The notes under the pieces: generated by a model
Database searches by the model: none
What the model was told of the DNA's origin: nothing
What the model saw: only the letters and a program-made list of their open reading frames with translations
Made by a program: the position numbers and the translations under genes
Source of the DNA: Squalus acanthias
Lineage: Eukaryota
Direction of reading: 5' to 3'
Length of the DNA: 64,000 nucleotides
Assembly (NCBI GenBank): GCA_030390025.1
Contig: CM059432.1
Coordinates: 148,678,001-148,742,000 of the forward strand
In this document: positions 24,880 through 36,904 of the stretch, in pieces
Layout of the letters: the number at the start of each line of letters is the position of its first letter
How positions within the stretch are numbered: position 1 is the stretch's first letter

Positions 24880-27800
24880 CAGTACTGGGGAAAGAGGGAG
24901 CTATTCCGTTGGGATGGGCTCTACTTAAACCGGGCTGGGACCAGTGTCCTGGTGAATCGAATAACTTGAGCTGTAGATAGGGCTTTAAACTAAAAAACAG
25001 GTGGGGGAGGGAGGGTTCAGGTGAGGGGAGGTGTATAAATCTAAAGAGAAAAGTCAAGGCCATAGAGCAGTGCAGCAATTTGGATAAAGATAAGCAGAGT
25101 GTAACAGGAAGGGACAAAGGGGGAGAAATTCGGTATCGCCCCGTTTGGGGCGCAATTATCGGCTGGGCGCAAAGTTTAGCGCCTGGCGCTAATTATCGCC
25201 TCCGACTGCAAACTTGGCTTCTATCGCCCCTGGAGGTGATTGGAGCGTTAAATCAGGCACTACACACCTCTCTTAAGGCGCTAACGCCGAGGAGCAAGGC
25301 GCTACCTCAGAGCGCGGGCAAAGCTCATGTGATGTCAGTCAGCAATGGAACACAGACACACTGGCGCCGGCCAGTTCTGAAAGGGGAGGGTCGATCTTGC
25401 TCTCCATCCACACCCTGCTCATTGCAGCCTTGAATCTCGGCCTGGAGAGACCTGTACATCAAATCTGCTGGAAAGAACAATGGAGAGGCCCAGGGAAAGA
25501 GCTCAGAGTGTAGACCCCATAGTCTCTTCTAAATCGATGCAAGGAAGGTCAGATCAAAATGAACCTACAAAGTGCTGCTCAGTACCCAAAACTCCTTCAC
25601 ACAGCGTTGAATCTCTCTAGAAGTCTCTCTCTCTCTCAGAATGCGTGGTGCAAAAATGTCACCAACAAAAAAAGGCAGGAAGTGGTCGCCTTTAAATAGC
25701 GCTCTCCCAGTCCCTTCCTGACTGCAAAACGTTCCCCTCAACCTGTCGTTGCTAGCGGCAGGCGGTAAAGCAGGGGGTGCCACTCAATATCCGATCCGGG
25801 GCACGACCGGGGTGTTGCACGCTCGACTGACGTCATGATCTGCGGGCGCAGGAGATCGTGGCGGTAGTGTTTAGCGCCGCCGCAAAATGTCTGGTCAACT
25901 TCGCGAGCGGTCCAAACATCGCCGCGCCCAGGGCGCTAGTTGCTTTGCACCCCATTAGTGCCCTTTTAAGGCGCCAACGGGGGGCGCAAAGCAACTGAAT
26001 TTTTCCCCCAAGGAGTTTAACAGTAAGAGTGTATCAGTGAATAAGGCCAAATCAGGGAAAAATGGTAAAAAGTTCAAATTAAAGGCGTTTTATCTGAATA
26101 CACAAAGCATTCGTAACAAGATAGATGAATTAATGGCACAATAGAGGTAAATGGATTTGATCTAATAGCTATTGCAGAGATATGGTTGCATGGTGACCAA
26201 GGTTGGGAACTAAATATTCCAGGGTACTTGATATTTGGAAAAAACAGATGAAATGGAAAAGGAGGGGGTGTAGCCCTGATATTAAAGGATGACATAAGGC
26301 CAGTAGTGAGGAAGAATCTTGACTCGGAAGATCAGGAAGTAGAATCAGTATGGGTGGAGATCAGAAATAACAAGGGGCGAAAACACTGGTGGGAGTAGTT
26401 TATAGGCCCCCTAACAGTAGCTATACTGTTGGACAGAGTATTAATCAAGAAATAAGAGGAGCCTGTAACAAGGGTAATGCAATAATCATGGAGGACTTAA
26501 TCTTCATATGGACTGGCAAAATCAAATTTGCAAAAATAGTTAGTTCATGGAATGCATTCAAGACAGTTTCGTAGAACAATATGTCATGGAACCAACCAAG
26601 GAACAGGCTGTTTTAGATCTTGTCTTGTGTATTGAGACAGGGTTAATTAGTAATCTCATAGTAAGGGATCCTCTGGGGAAGAGTGATCATATTGATAGAA
26701 TTTTACATTGAGTTCGAGAGTGACGCACTTAAATCAGAAACTAGAGTATTAAACTTAAATAAAACCAATTACATAGGTATGAAGGGCAAGTTGACTAAGT
26801 TGATTGGGAAATCAGATTAAAAGGTATGATGGTAGATAAGCAATGGTGAACATTTAAAGAAATATTTCATAATTCTCAACAAATATACATTCCATGAAGA
26901 AATAAAAACTCCATGGGAAAAGTGATCTATCCATGGCTAACTAAACAGGTTAAGGAAAGTATTAGATTAAAAGAAGAGATTTATAATGTTGCCCAGGAGA
27001 ATAGTAAGCCTGAGGATCGGGAGAGTTTTAGAAACCAGCAAAGGATGACCAAAAAATTGATAGAAGAAAATAGAATGAGAATAAACTAGCAAGAAATATA
27101 AAAGGAGATTGAGAGAGCTTCTACAGTATGTAAAAAGGAAGAGAGTAACGAAAGTAAACGTGGGTCCCTTAGAGGCTGAAACAGGAGAAATTATAATGGG
27201 GAATAAGGAAATGGCAGAGACATTAAACAAATATTTTGTATCTATCTTCACAGTATTACTAAAAACATGTCAGAAATAGTAGACAACCATGGGTCTAATG
27301 AAAGTGAAGAACTTAAAAGTAATTAATATTAGTGAAGAAAAATTACTAGAGAAATTAATGGGACTAAAAGCCAAGAAATCCCCAGGACCTGATGGCCTAC
27401 ACCCTAGGGTTCTAAAAGAGGTGGCTGTAGATATAATGGATGCATTGGTTGTGATCTTCAAAAATTCCCTCAAGGCTGGAACAGTCCCAATGGATTAGAA
27501 GGTAGCAAATGTAACACTGCTATTCAAGAAAGGAGGCAGAGAGAAAACAGGGAACTACAGGTCAGTTGGCCTGGCATCAGTCGTTGGGTAAATGCTAGAA
27601 TCCATTATTAAATAAGTGGTAAAAGGGCACTTAGAAAATCAGAATATGATTAGGCAGAGTCAACATGGTTCTATGAAAGGGAAAAAGTGTTTGACAAATC
27701 TATTCAAGTTTTTTGAGGATATAACTAGGAGGGTAGCTAAAGGGGTACCAGTGGATGTAGTATATTTGGATTTCCAAAAGGCATTTGATAAGGTGCCACA
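24880..27800 (+). mobile_element. Long decayed CR1 (ORF1 end, endonuclease and RT start) interrupted by a MITE
   Basis: GVVYRPPNS, KSPGPDGLHPRVLKE and [16 protein letters not shown] motifs. Confidence 0.85.
25120..26009. mobile_element. Harbinger-type MITE, family C copy 1, TSD AAG
   Basis: TIR GGGGAGAAATTC / GAATTTTTCCCCC; reverse-complement homolog of 38583-39426. Confidence 0.82.
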
Positions 27801-27924
27801 CGTAAGATATGTTACACAATTTAAGGACAATTTTGTTTTATTCAATCATGGGATGTGGGCGTTGCTGGCAATGCCAGCAGTTATTCCCATTCCTAATTGT
27901 CCTTGAGAAGGTGGTGGTGAGCCA

Positions 27925-28970
27925 ATGAGTATAGGCCCAACCTGCTCAACCTTTCTTCATATGACAACCCCTTCATGTCAGGAATTAGCCTAGTGAACCT
28001 TCTCTGAACTGCCTCCAATGCAAGTATATCCCTTCTTAAATAAGGAGACCAAAACTGTACGCAGTACTCCAGGTGTGGTCTCACCAACACCCTGTACAGT
28101 TGTAGCAAGACTTCCCTACTTTTATACTCCATCCCCGTTGCAATAAAGGCCAACATTCTATTTGCCTTCCTAATTACTTGCTGTACCTGCATGCTATTGT
28201 TTTGTGTTTATTTGCTTTTTTATTTTTCCTACCAAAGTGGATAACCTCACATTTTCCCACATTAAACTCCATCTGCCAAATTTTTGCCCACTCACTTAAC
28301 CTTTCTATATCCCTTTGCAGATTCTTTATGTCCTCTCCACAACTTGCTTTCCCACCTATCTTTGTATCATCAGCAAATTTGGCTACATTACACTCGGTCC
28401 CTTCATCCAAGTCATTAATATAGATTGTAAATAGTTGAGGCCCCAGCACTGATCCCTGTGGCACCCTACTAGTTAAAGTTTGCCAACCTGAAAATGATCC
28501 ATTTATCCCGACTCTCTGTTTCCTGTTAGTTAGCCAATCCTCTATCCATGCTAATATATTACCCCCAACCCCATGACCTCTTATCTTGTGCAGTAACCTT
28601 TTATGTGGCACCTTATCAAATGTCTTCTGGAAATCCAAATACACTACATCTACTGGTTCCCCTTTATCCAACCTGCTCGTTACATCCTCAAAGAACTCTA
28701 GCAAATTTGTCAAACATGATTTCCCATGTTGACTCTGCTTGACTGTATTATGATTTTCTAAATGTCCTGCTATTACTTCCTTAATAATGTTAGGCTAACT
28801 GGCCTATAGTTTCCAGCTTTCTGTCTCCCTCCTTTCTTGAATAGTGGCATTACATTTGCGGTTTTCCAATCCGCTGGGACCTCTCCAGTATCCAGGAAAT
28901 TTTGGTAGATTACAACCAATGCATCCACTATCTCTGCAGCCACTTCTTATAAGACCCTAGGATGCAGGCC
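27925..28970 (-). mobile_element. CR1 RT fragment
   Basis: ORFs 28174-28713 and 27893-28192. Confidence 0.9.
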
Positions 28971-28974
28971 ATCG

Positions 28975-31066
28975 GGAAAGGGGCTTGCCGGGTGGCACAG
29001 CAGTCCAGCAATCTGTGCTCCAACAGATAGCTAGGAATGCTGAGGCGCCACAGCGGGAGCAGCAGTGGCTCTGTGGAGCAAGAACCTGCTGTCCTCTCTC
29101 AGGATGACAGCATTCGTACTTCCACCAGTGCCACTGCAGTTGCCTGTCATCCAGCCAGCCCAGACTGCTGCCGCCCATGCCGAGGTGGTGCAGTCTGTAG
29201 CCGGGCCTTCTAGGTCCAGGGTTATTCGAGGTCGTCCTGCAAGGACATCTGCAGTCTCCCCCACTGAAAGTCAGCAGCCTTCCACCGGCCATGCTGCAGC
29301 CACTGGGGTCGCACTGCTTAGGAGCACTCGGACAGGCAAAGGAACACAGAAGAATGACTCTAAGGGAATGCACAAGGGTGATTAGCTGACTTTGTAATGT
29401 TATACTGGAATTATTCATTTATTAATTTTGTTTGGAATGCTTGTTTTGTGGTGGCTTTCATTTCAGCATTATGCCCAAGAGGACTCTGAGATATTCCAGG
29501 GCAGAGGGATGGTAAGGTGAGGAATTGTTGAGCAACGGGGATCTGGGGTTTCAGTCAGGGGAACCAGAGTTTCATGATGCACTCATGGACAGCCCATCCG
29601 GAACATTGATTTGCAGGCTGGCTCCTCCCCCTCTTCCTCCTCCCGAGGTGGTCGCGGAACCCGTGGTGGCAGGGGCTGCGCCTCATGACGGCCAAGTTGC
29701 GGAGGATGCAGCAGACCACCACGAATTGGAACACCCGCTCCGGCGATTACTGAAGAGCTCCTCCCGAGCGGCCAAAGCAGTGGAACCGTTACTACAGCAC
29801 CCTGCTCGATGAGGTTCCTCGTGGCAGCATGGCTCTCATTATACGAGTGCTGGGCACGAGTGGTGGGGTTGCGGAGGGGAGTCATCAGCCAGGTGCAGAG
29901 CGAATAGCCCTTGTCTCCAAGCAGCCACCCTCGAGTTCGACGTGGTGGCTGGAAGATTGCTGGCACAGCGGACTGGCGCAGGATGAAGGCATCATGACTG
30001 CTGCCAGGATACCGGACATTCAACCTCATGATGTGCTGGGCGCGGTTGCACACCAACTGCACATTAAGTGAGTAGTAGCCTTTGCGGTTACGGTGTATCT
30101 CACCATCAGTGTGTGCAGTCGATGGCGCCCTGCACCATGGGGAAATCTGATATCCTGGCAAAACCATGTGCGCGCTCCTCCTGCTTCTCTCTGTTCAGAG
30201 AAAAGGCAATGAAGTCCCTTCTCCTGGAGTAGAGCACCTCTGTGACCTCCCGGATGCAGCGATGGATGGCGAACTGCGAGATGTTTGCTGTGTCGTCTGT
30301 TCCAACCTGGAAGGATCCGCTGGCGAAAAAATTTGGGCCACTGGCAGCGCCGTCATCATCCTGCTCTGAGGCTGCAGGTCTGGTTCCAAGAGGTGGCAGA
30401 GTTCTGTGACCACCTCCTTGGTGAAGCGGAGCCGCCGAACACACTGCTCCTGGCTTAGGTACAGGTAGGAGAAATGCTCCCTGAAGACCCAAGGTGGGTA
30501 AGGCCTCCTGCTGAGAGCCCTCCTCCTCCTCCCACTGCTTGTCTTTGCTGCCTCTGCTCCATCTCCCTGTCATGCTGCAGCGCGAGGGGGACTGCAACTA
30601 GAGCCCCCATGACTGGGAGCAAGTGGTGTAGTCAGAGGCCTTCCAGTAGCAGCCAACACCTTCCCAACGTCCAGCAGCACTTTGTAAATGTGTTCCAGCA
30701 AGCCAGTATTGATATAAACTCTGCCAGTACGAGAGAAGAAAATCAACTGACCTACAAGGTGGATGTATCCCTTTAAATAGCGCTGGTGGAGGGGGGGGTC
30801 CCTCGTGCAGCCGAACGCATGTTCAGCTGTGCATGTTTAGGAGAGGGTGTTGATTGGAACGGCAACATCTAAAATGGGAGGTCGTGTGTCAAATCAGCGT
30901 TGCACGCTGACTGACGTCACAATCTGCCTACTCGGAATACTGCCGGCGCTCGCAAAATGGCGACCAGCAGGGGCCGCGCCAGAAGTGGGCAGAAGCGAGG
31001 CGGCTGCCATTTTTTGCTTCAAACCAGCCATGACAGCCAGCTCTAAGGTGCCGAATTTCGCGGCCC
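28975..31066 (-). mobile_element. Decayed PIF/Harbinger transposon: frameshifted DDE transposase (~29580-30610, minus) and convergent second-ORF remnant (~28975-29385, plus); one TIR retained
   Basis: FPMVQGAIDCTH, NRKGYYSLNVQLVC, YPGSSHDAFIL, WLLGDKGY and YNESHAATRNLIEQ motifs; terminus CCGAATTTCGCGGCCC. Confidence 0.92.
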
Positions 31067-31404
31067 TAGTGTCCTCCTCACAGCTTCCTTTTCCACCTCG
31101 CTTTGTATCGTCAGCAAACTTGGATACATTACCAATCCTCTATCCATGCTAATACATTACTCCCAACCCCATGACTGTCCCCTTAAAGTATTCTACAGCA
31201 AGGTGGTTAGTTTTCTAAAGGCAGCTTGAATATAGCCCCAGTGTTCGAAGCGGAGAAATCCCTTTGGGGTAACAATGGTACACAACGTGCTACTGGAAAA
31301 TCTGGGGACCTGACGGCCCTCAAGAGATGATTTAATGAATTGTTGAAAATTGACCAAGAATGTATATTCTCCTCATTGGTTTATAACGAATCTTCGATGA
31401 AAGA

Positions 31405-31815
31405 AAGAACTTGCATTTATCATTCCCCTCACAGCATCCCCAGCCAATTCATTCCTTTTGAAATGCAGTTATTTTTATAATTTAAACAAAGCAGCCAATC
31501 CGCACACAATAAGATCCTCAAAACACCAGTAAGATGAACGACCTGTTTTGGTGATGCTGGTTGAGATAAACATTGGTCAGGACACCAGGAGTACTCTCTT
31601 GCTCTTCTTTCAATCATGGCCATGGGATCTTTTACGTCCACCTGAGGGGGCAGACAGGGCCTCGGTTTAACGTCTCATCCGAAAGACGGCACCTCCGACT
31701 CCCTCGGTGCTGCAGTCGAGTGTCAGCCTGGATTATGTGCTGAAGTCCTGGAATGGGGCTTGAACCCACAACTGTTTGGCTCAGCAGGACAGCTTCCAAC
31801 TGAGCCATGGCCAAC
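31405..31815 (-). mobile_element. Deu-SINE copy
   Basis: Reverse complement of the 11053-11500 family. Confidence 0.8.
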
Positions 31816-31864
31816 AGCTAAAGAATCTTTCTTTAACTTTGCACAGAGGAGAACATACACTCTT

Positions 31865-32157
31865 GGATAAGGATAAGGGGTAAGCCATTTAGGACAGAAA
31901 TGAGGAGAATTTCTTCACCCAGAGAGTGGTGAACCTGTGGAATTCTCTACCACAGAAGGTAGTTGAGGCCAAGTCATTAAATATATTCAAGAATGAGTTA
32001 GATATATTTCTTAAAGCTAAAGGTATCAAGGGATATGGGGAGAAGGCAGGGACAGGGTACTGAGTTTGGATGATCAGCCATGATCTCATCGAATGGCGGA
32101 GCAGGCTCGAGGGGCCGAATGGCCGACTCCTGCTCCTATCTTCTATGTTTCTATGTT
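31865..32157 (+). mobile_element. CR1 3' end
   Basis: Matches 56165-56451. Confidence 0.9.
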
Positions 32158-32659
32158 ATCCTTCAGGGTCAGCGCTGAAAGATACAATCACCAATGGATG
32201 AGCCTTATCCAGATGGGCTGCATTTAAAAAATTGATGTGGGTTTTCTAAAAGGACATGGGGGTGAGGATTTACAAAGATTCCTGACCTGACGTCCTCAGT
32301 ATAAGTAACTGATATTGATTTCTGTTTTAGCTGCACTGTTCTGTAGCTGTCTGGACTTGGCAATTGCATCTATTCTGACAGGCTCAGAATGGAAATTTCA
32401 ATCGGCTTTTCTTTGAAAACTCACAAAATTACTCGTGCTTGTTCCTTATAAATTAACCGTTTCTTTTTATGTCGTAATTATTCTACCTTCTACGGAGAAT
32501 GCTGACACAAAAAAGAAAAATAGTTCAACGTCTGACCATGGCCTCCCTAATATCCATGATTTCATGTTGCACTGGTATGGTCCAGAAATATAATATAGGA
32601 GGGAGTGGGTCAGACAGACAGAGATAAAGGGAGAGAGACATACACATCAGAGACAGAAA

Positions 32660-33392
32660 GGGCTGGATTTTCATTGACCCGTGGAGGCGGGTTTGGAGGC
32701 GTGTGGGGGGTTAAAATTGCGAAAACTGGCGGGCGGGCACAAGTCCGCCTCCATCCCGCCTCCACGCAATTTTCATTAAATCGTGTCTGCTGGTCCCGAC
32801 TCCGTCCCGCCTTTAAGAGGCGGGATAGGCTGTTAAGGCCCTTAACAATCACTAAATTGGCTCTATAATGCCATTTTGAAAGGCCTTTGTGATTTTAACC
32901 CTTGTTCTACGTGAAGCACGCCTGTCCTGAACCACGAATGTGAAGCCTGGCGGGAGCACATTTCGAAAGCTGACTGTCAGCTGCAGGTCCACTATTACAA
33001 CGGAGAAGCAGTAGGAGGAAAAATATCTGGGAGCAGACTTAGGGCTGCTGCTGTTCATTTTGCCTTCAGGTCCTCTCACAGCAAAGGCCAGGCAGTCTCT
33101 CTCTCTCTCTCTCTCTCTCAAAATATCTGGGAGCAGACTTTTGCATCCAGGTCCTCTCACAGCAAAGGCCAGGCAGTCCCTGAAGACCTTCAATGCAGCA
33201 GCAATGATGACATCATCAGAGGCGACTTTCAGACTGAAAACACTAATTGGTTCATGGGTTCCCACATGCTGGAACTCAATTGCCCAATTAGGTGAAAATT
33301 GCATCAATCTCCCACATCCAATTGCAGTCGGGTGGATAACACGAAAAGTGGATGACACGACCCCAACCCGCCCCAGTATCAAAATCCAGCCC
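32660..33392. mobile_element. Harbinger-type MITE
   Basis: 12-bp TIR GGGCTGGATTTT / AAAATCCAGCCC. Confidence 0.75.
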
Positions 33393-33437
33393 AATGAGAA
33401 GGAGATAGAGAAAGTGGCAGAAAGAGACAGACACACA

Positions 33438-34213
33438 GGGGGCGATTTTCCCAGCCCCGGGGAGGCGGGACTGCCGGGAAAATGGCAGAATCTGGGAGCG
33501 GGTACCGAACCCGCTCCCAACCTGCCTCCGTGCCACCTTCCCAGGAGGCGGGAAGGGGATTAGTGCCAATTAACTGCCTGAGTTAACAGGCAGTTTTTTG
33601 GCTAATCCCTATTTTGAGCCCTAAAGTATGGGCTTCCCGACAGCTCCGAACCTCGCCAGGGTCAGCGAGGTGAGCCGTGGGTCTGCGGGGCCGAAATGTC
33701 TGGTGTGCAGGTGCGTGATGAGTGCAAGTGTGGAGAGGTAAGTGTGTGAGGTGAGTCTAAAGTGTTTTAAGAAGTTTACTTATCTTTGCTTCTTCCTCCA
33801 GGCTTCATCCCTTTAGGCTGCGGAGCTGCCTCATCTCACCAGCAGAGATGACAGAATAGCTGCTGCATTCTCCGACGCAACAGCCATCTGCTTTCTGCTC
33901 AGGAAAGAGGTTTGGTGAGTCTTGAGTACAAGGACTCACCAAAGAACAGAGATTGTCAGTGTGTGACAGCTTCACAGAGCTGTCAAACGGTGACAATTCA
34001 TCTGTCAAAAGTTCTTGAAAGATGAAATGTCATACACTGACATTCTCTGTCACTGGCTTTCCCTTAATTGGCCTGCTAAGCCCACTGGGCGGGCTTAACA
34101 AGGTCAATCAAGGGAAAATAGTGTGGGTTGGCCAGACGTCGATGGAGGCGGGACACAAACCCGACAACCAGCAGTCCCGCCTCCATCACGTCCCCATTGA
34201 TAAAATCACCCCC
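33438..34213. mobile_element. Harbinger-type MITE, TSD ACA
   Basis: TIR GGGGGCGATTTT / AAAATCACCCCC with ACA on both sides. Confidence 0.75.
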
Positions 34214-34679
34214 ACACATACAGAGAAAGACGGAGAGACAGAAAGAGAGGGAGATAGAGAGGACAGGGAGAACGTGCATCTTTATGGCTCCTTATCATGT
34301 CTCTCAGAAACATCCTGTTGCACATACAATGAATTACATTGTGCAGTTACTGGGTAAATGCAGCATTTTGTGCACAGAAAATCCCACCAAGGAGAACGTG
34401 TCTAATGTAAAGAACAAAGAATGTTTTGGCTGTAACCTTTCATGGGAACTATTCTGACGAAGAGTCTTTTCCCTTTCTGGAGGCTGACAGCCCTGCTGCA
34501 TATTTCCAGCATTATCCATTTGTGTTTCAGATTTTCATTTTTTTTTCTTCTTGTAAGAAGCTAATTTTAAAACACAACTTAACAACCAAAGTCCAATCTG
34601 ACAGAGTTTGCGCACACATGTCTATACAATATTGATTCAAAGAGACGTCAGACTACAGTAAGAAACAAACTGTTCTTAC

Positions 34680-34725
34680 CTCAGTAGGACCACACTGTCG
34701 GACATGAAGGCACCAATGGTTACAT
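34680..34725 (-). CDS. ITGA9: Integrin alpha-9 coding exon (DVTIGAFMSDSVVLLR)
   Basis: 46 bp; acceptor ccaccag, donor gtaaga. Nearly identical to recalled ITGA9 DVTVGAFMSDSVVLLR. Confidence 0.93.
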
Positions 34726-34879
34726 CTGGTGGGAAAAGAGACATGCTGATCATTTACCAAGCCACAACTGTTTTTCCTCGTGAGAATGTTTTCCATTTTG
34801 CCAGTTACGCAATATTTTTTACTGAACCACTACGAAACTATAAACGCCTTGAGAATTTTTCATGTCTTTTTCTTAAAGG

Positions 34880-35570
34880 ATACCTTGGTCAGACCCCATC
34901 TGGAGTACTGCGCTCAGTTTTGGGCACCAGGCCTCAGGAAATGTATATTAGCTTTGGATGGGATACAAGGCAGATTCACCACAATGATACCAGGGTGTAA
35001 AGGATTAAATTACAAGGTTGCATAAAGTTGGTTTGTATTCCCCTTGAGTTTAAAAGGTTGAGGGGTGATCTAATTGAAGACTTTAAAATGACAAAAGGAT
35101 TTGACAGGCTAGATACAGAGCAGCTATTTCATCTGGTGAAGAATCCAGAACAAGGGGGCGTTAACTTAAAATTAGAGCTAGCTTATTTATGAGTGAAAAA
35201 AAGTGAGAAGTCGCACAACACCAGGTTATAGTCCAACAGCTTTATTTGAAATCACAAGCTTTTGGAGCGCTGCTCCTTCGTCAGGTGAAGTTTACCTGTT
35301 TTGCATCACTTACTAAGTCTGTCTGAAATGCTCAGTACTTCAATATTTATGAGTGAAATCAGGAAGCATTTATTTTACACAAAGAAATCTAGAACTCTCT
35401 CTCAAAAGGCTATGGATGCTGGGACAATTTAACTTTTCAAGACTGGGATTGATATATTTTTGTTAGGTAAGGTACCAAGGGATATGGAGCAAAGATGGAT
35501 TTGAGGTACAAATCAGCCATGATCGAATTGATTGGCAGAACAGGCTCGAGGGGCTGAAAAGCCTGCTCCT
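34880..35570 (+). mobile_element. CR1 3' fragment interrupted by a PLE terminus
   Basis: LVRPHLEYCAQFWAP motif and CR1 tail. Confidence 0.8.
35199..35343 (-). mobile_element. Family-P PLE terminus (35203-35291) fused to locally derived DNA, 15-bp TSD
   Basis: TSD TATTTATGAGTGAAA at 35184-35198 and 35344-35358; the hammerhead GAAA box is mutated to AAAA. Confidence 0.82.
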
Positions 35571-35572
35571 GT

Positions 35573-35930
35573 GGGCAACACGGTGGCATAGTGGTTAGCA
35601 CTGGTGCCTCACAGCGCCAGGGACCCGGGTTCGAATCTGGCCTCGGGTGACTGTCTGTGTGGAGTTTGCACATTCTCCCCGTGTCTGCGTGCGTTTCCTC
35701 CGGTTGCTCCGGTTTCCTCCCACAGTCCAAAAATGTGCGGGTTAGGTTGATTTGGCTATGATAAATTGACCCTTAGTGTTAGGGGGGGATTAAATATGTG
35801 GGGTTACGGGGATAGGATGGGATATGTTAGGGGGAATTAAATACGTGGGGTTACAGGGATGGGGTGGGATATGTGTCGGTGCAGGCTCGATGGGCCGAGA
35901 TGGCCTCTATCTGTACTGTGGGGATTCTGT
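35573..35930 (+). mobile_element. HE1-like V-SINE (tRNA head, V domain, CR1-type tail)
   Basis: tggcatagtggttagc A box, ggttcgaatc B box and gtgtggagtttgcacattctccccgtgtctgcgtg V domain. Confidence 0.88.
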
Positions 35931-36269
35931 GTGAGGGGGCAGGGACAGGGTACTGGATTTGGATGATCAGCCATGATCGTATTGAATGGTGGAGCAGGCT
36001 CGACGGGCCGAATGGCCTACTCCTGCTCCTAGTTTCTATGTTTCTATGTTCCTATGATACTGATACCATTCCACAATGCAGTGTGCTAGTGTAAGATGAG
36101 GGTTTGTATCTGGGATTCTCCATAGAGAGAGATCCTGGTTTCATCCTGACATAAGGGGGTGGTGATGACCAGAGGAGCATTACCCATGGGTGAGGTAGAT
36201 GAAAATCTAGGGCCAGGTCAACCCAAATTGTTTCTGTACACATACTCGTGGCTAGTTAATACTGGTGGT

Positions 36270-36902
36270 CACCTGATCAGGGAATTGTGTGCAATACAGG
36301 GATGCCTGAAAGCAAAGTGAAGTGTAATTTACAAAAGGAGGGGAAGGGACCAAATGTGAAATGCATACTAATATCCCCCAAAATATTGAAGTACTGAGCA
36401 TTTCAGATAGACTTAGTAAGTGATGCAAAACAGGTAAATGTCTTACCAAAACACCACTGAAAATTCAGTGGATCATTATACAGGGGAGTGAAAATAAAGT
36501 ATACACATAAAGGGTATCACACTCCCAGACAGAGCCTCACAACCTGATGGGACATCGGGAGGCTCGACACCGAAAGTGCGACTTCGTCATATTTCCTCCC
36601 GATGTTAGTTAAAAAATGACTCATTTGTTCTTAGGCTGTAATATAATTGAGGAGGTCCAATGATTTAGAGTCAAAAGTTTCACTTCACCTTCTCCTGTCG
36701 TGCGCTGGGGCACATATCAACAACATACTGATGATGACTGAGCCACCTGATCGGAATTGTGTGCAATACAGGGATGCCTGAAAGTGAAGTGGAGTGTAAT
36801 TTACAAAAGGAGAGGAAAGGATCAAATGTGAAATGTATACTAATATCCCCAAAAATGTTGAAGTACTGAGCATTTCAGACAGTGATACTAAAACAGGTAA
36901 AT
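36270..36902 (+). repeat. Local direct duplication of ~165 bp (36270-36439 and 36744-36902)
   Basis: Both copies run cacctgatc..gaattgtgtgcaatacagggatgcctgaaag..aaaacaggtaaat. Confidence 0.9.
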
Positions 36903-36904
36903 AT

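Noticed and set aside
11497..28192. Apparent recurrent CR1 breakpoint at ATGCAGGT (MQVQQ) at 11497, 23099 and 28192
   Set aside because: At 11497 the CR1 continues upstream of an inserted SINE, and at 28192 the deletion breakpoint is further upstream. The shared start is mostly ORF calling at a Met codon.
29583..30597. Domesticated HARBI1-like host gene
   Set aside because: Frameshifted, flanked by a TIR, truncated and intronic, so it is a dead transposon copy.
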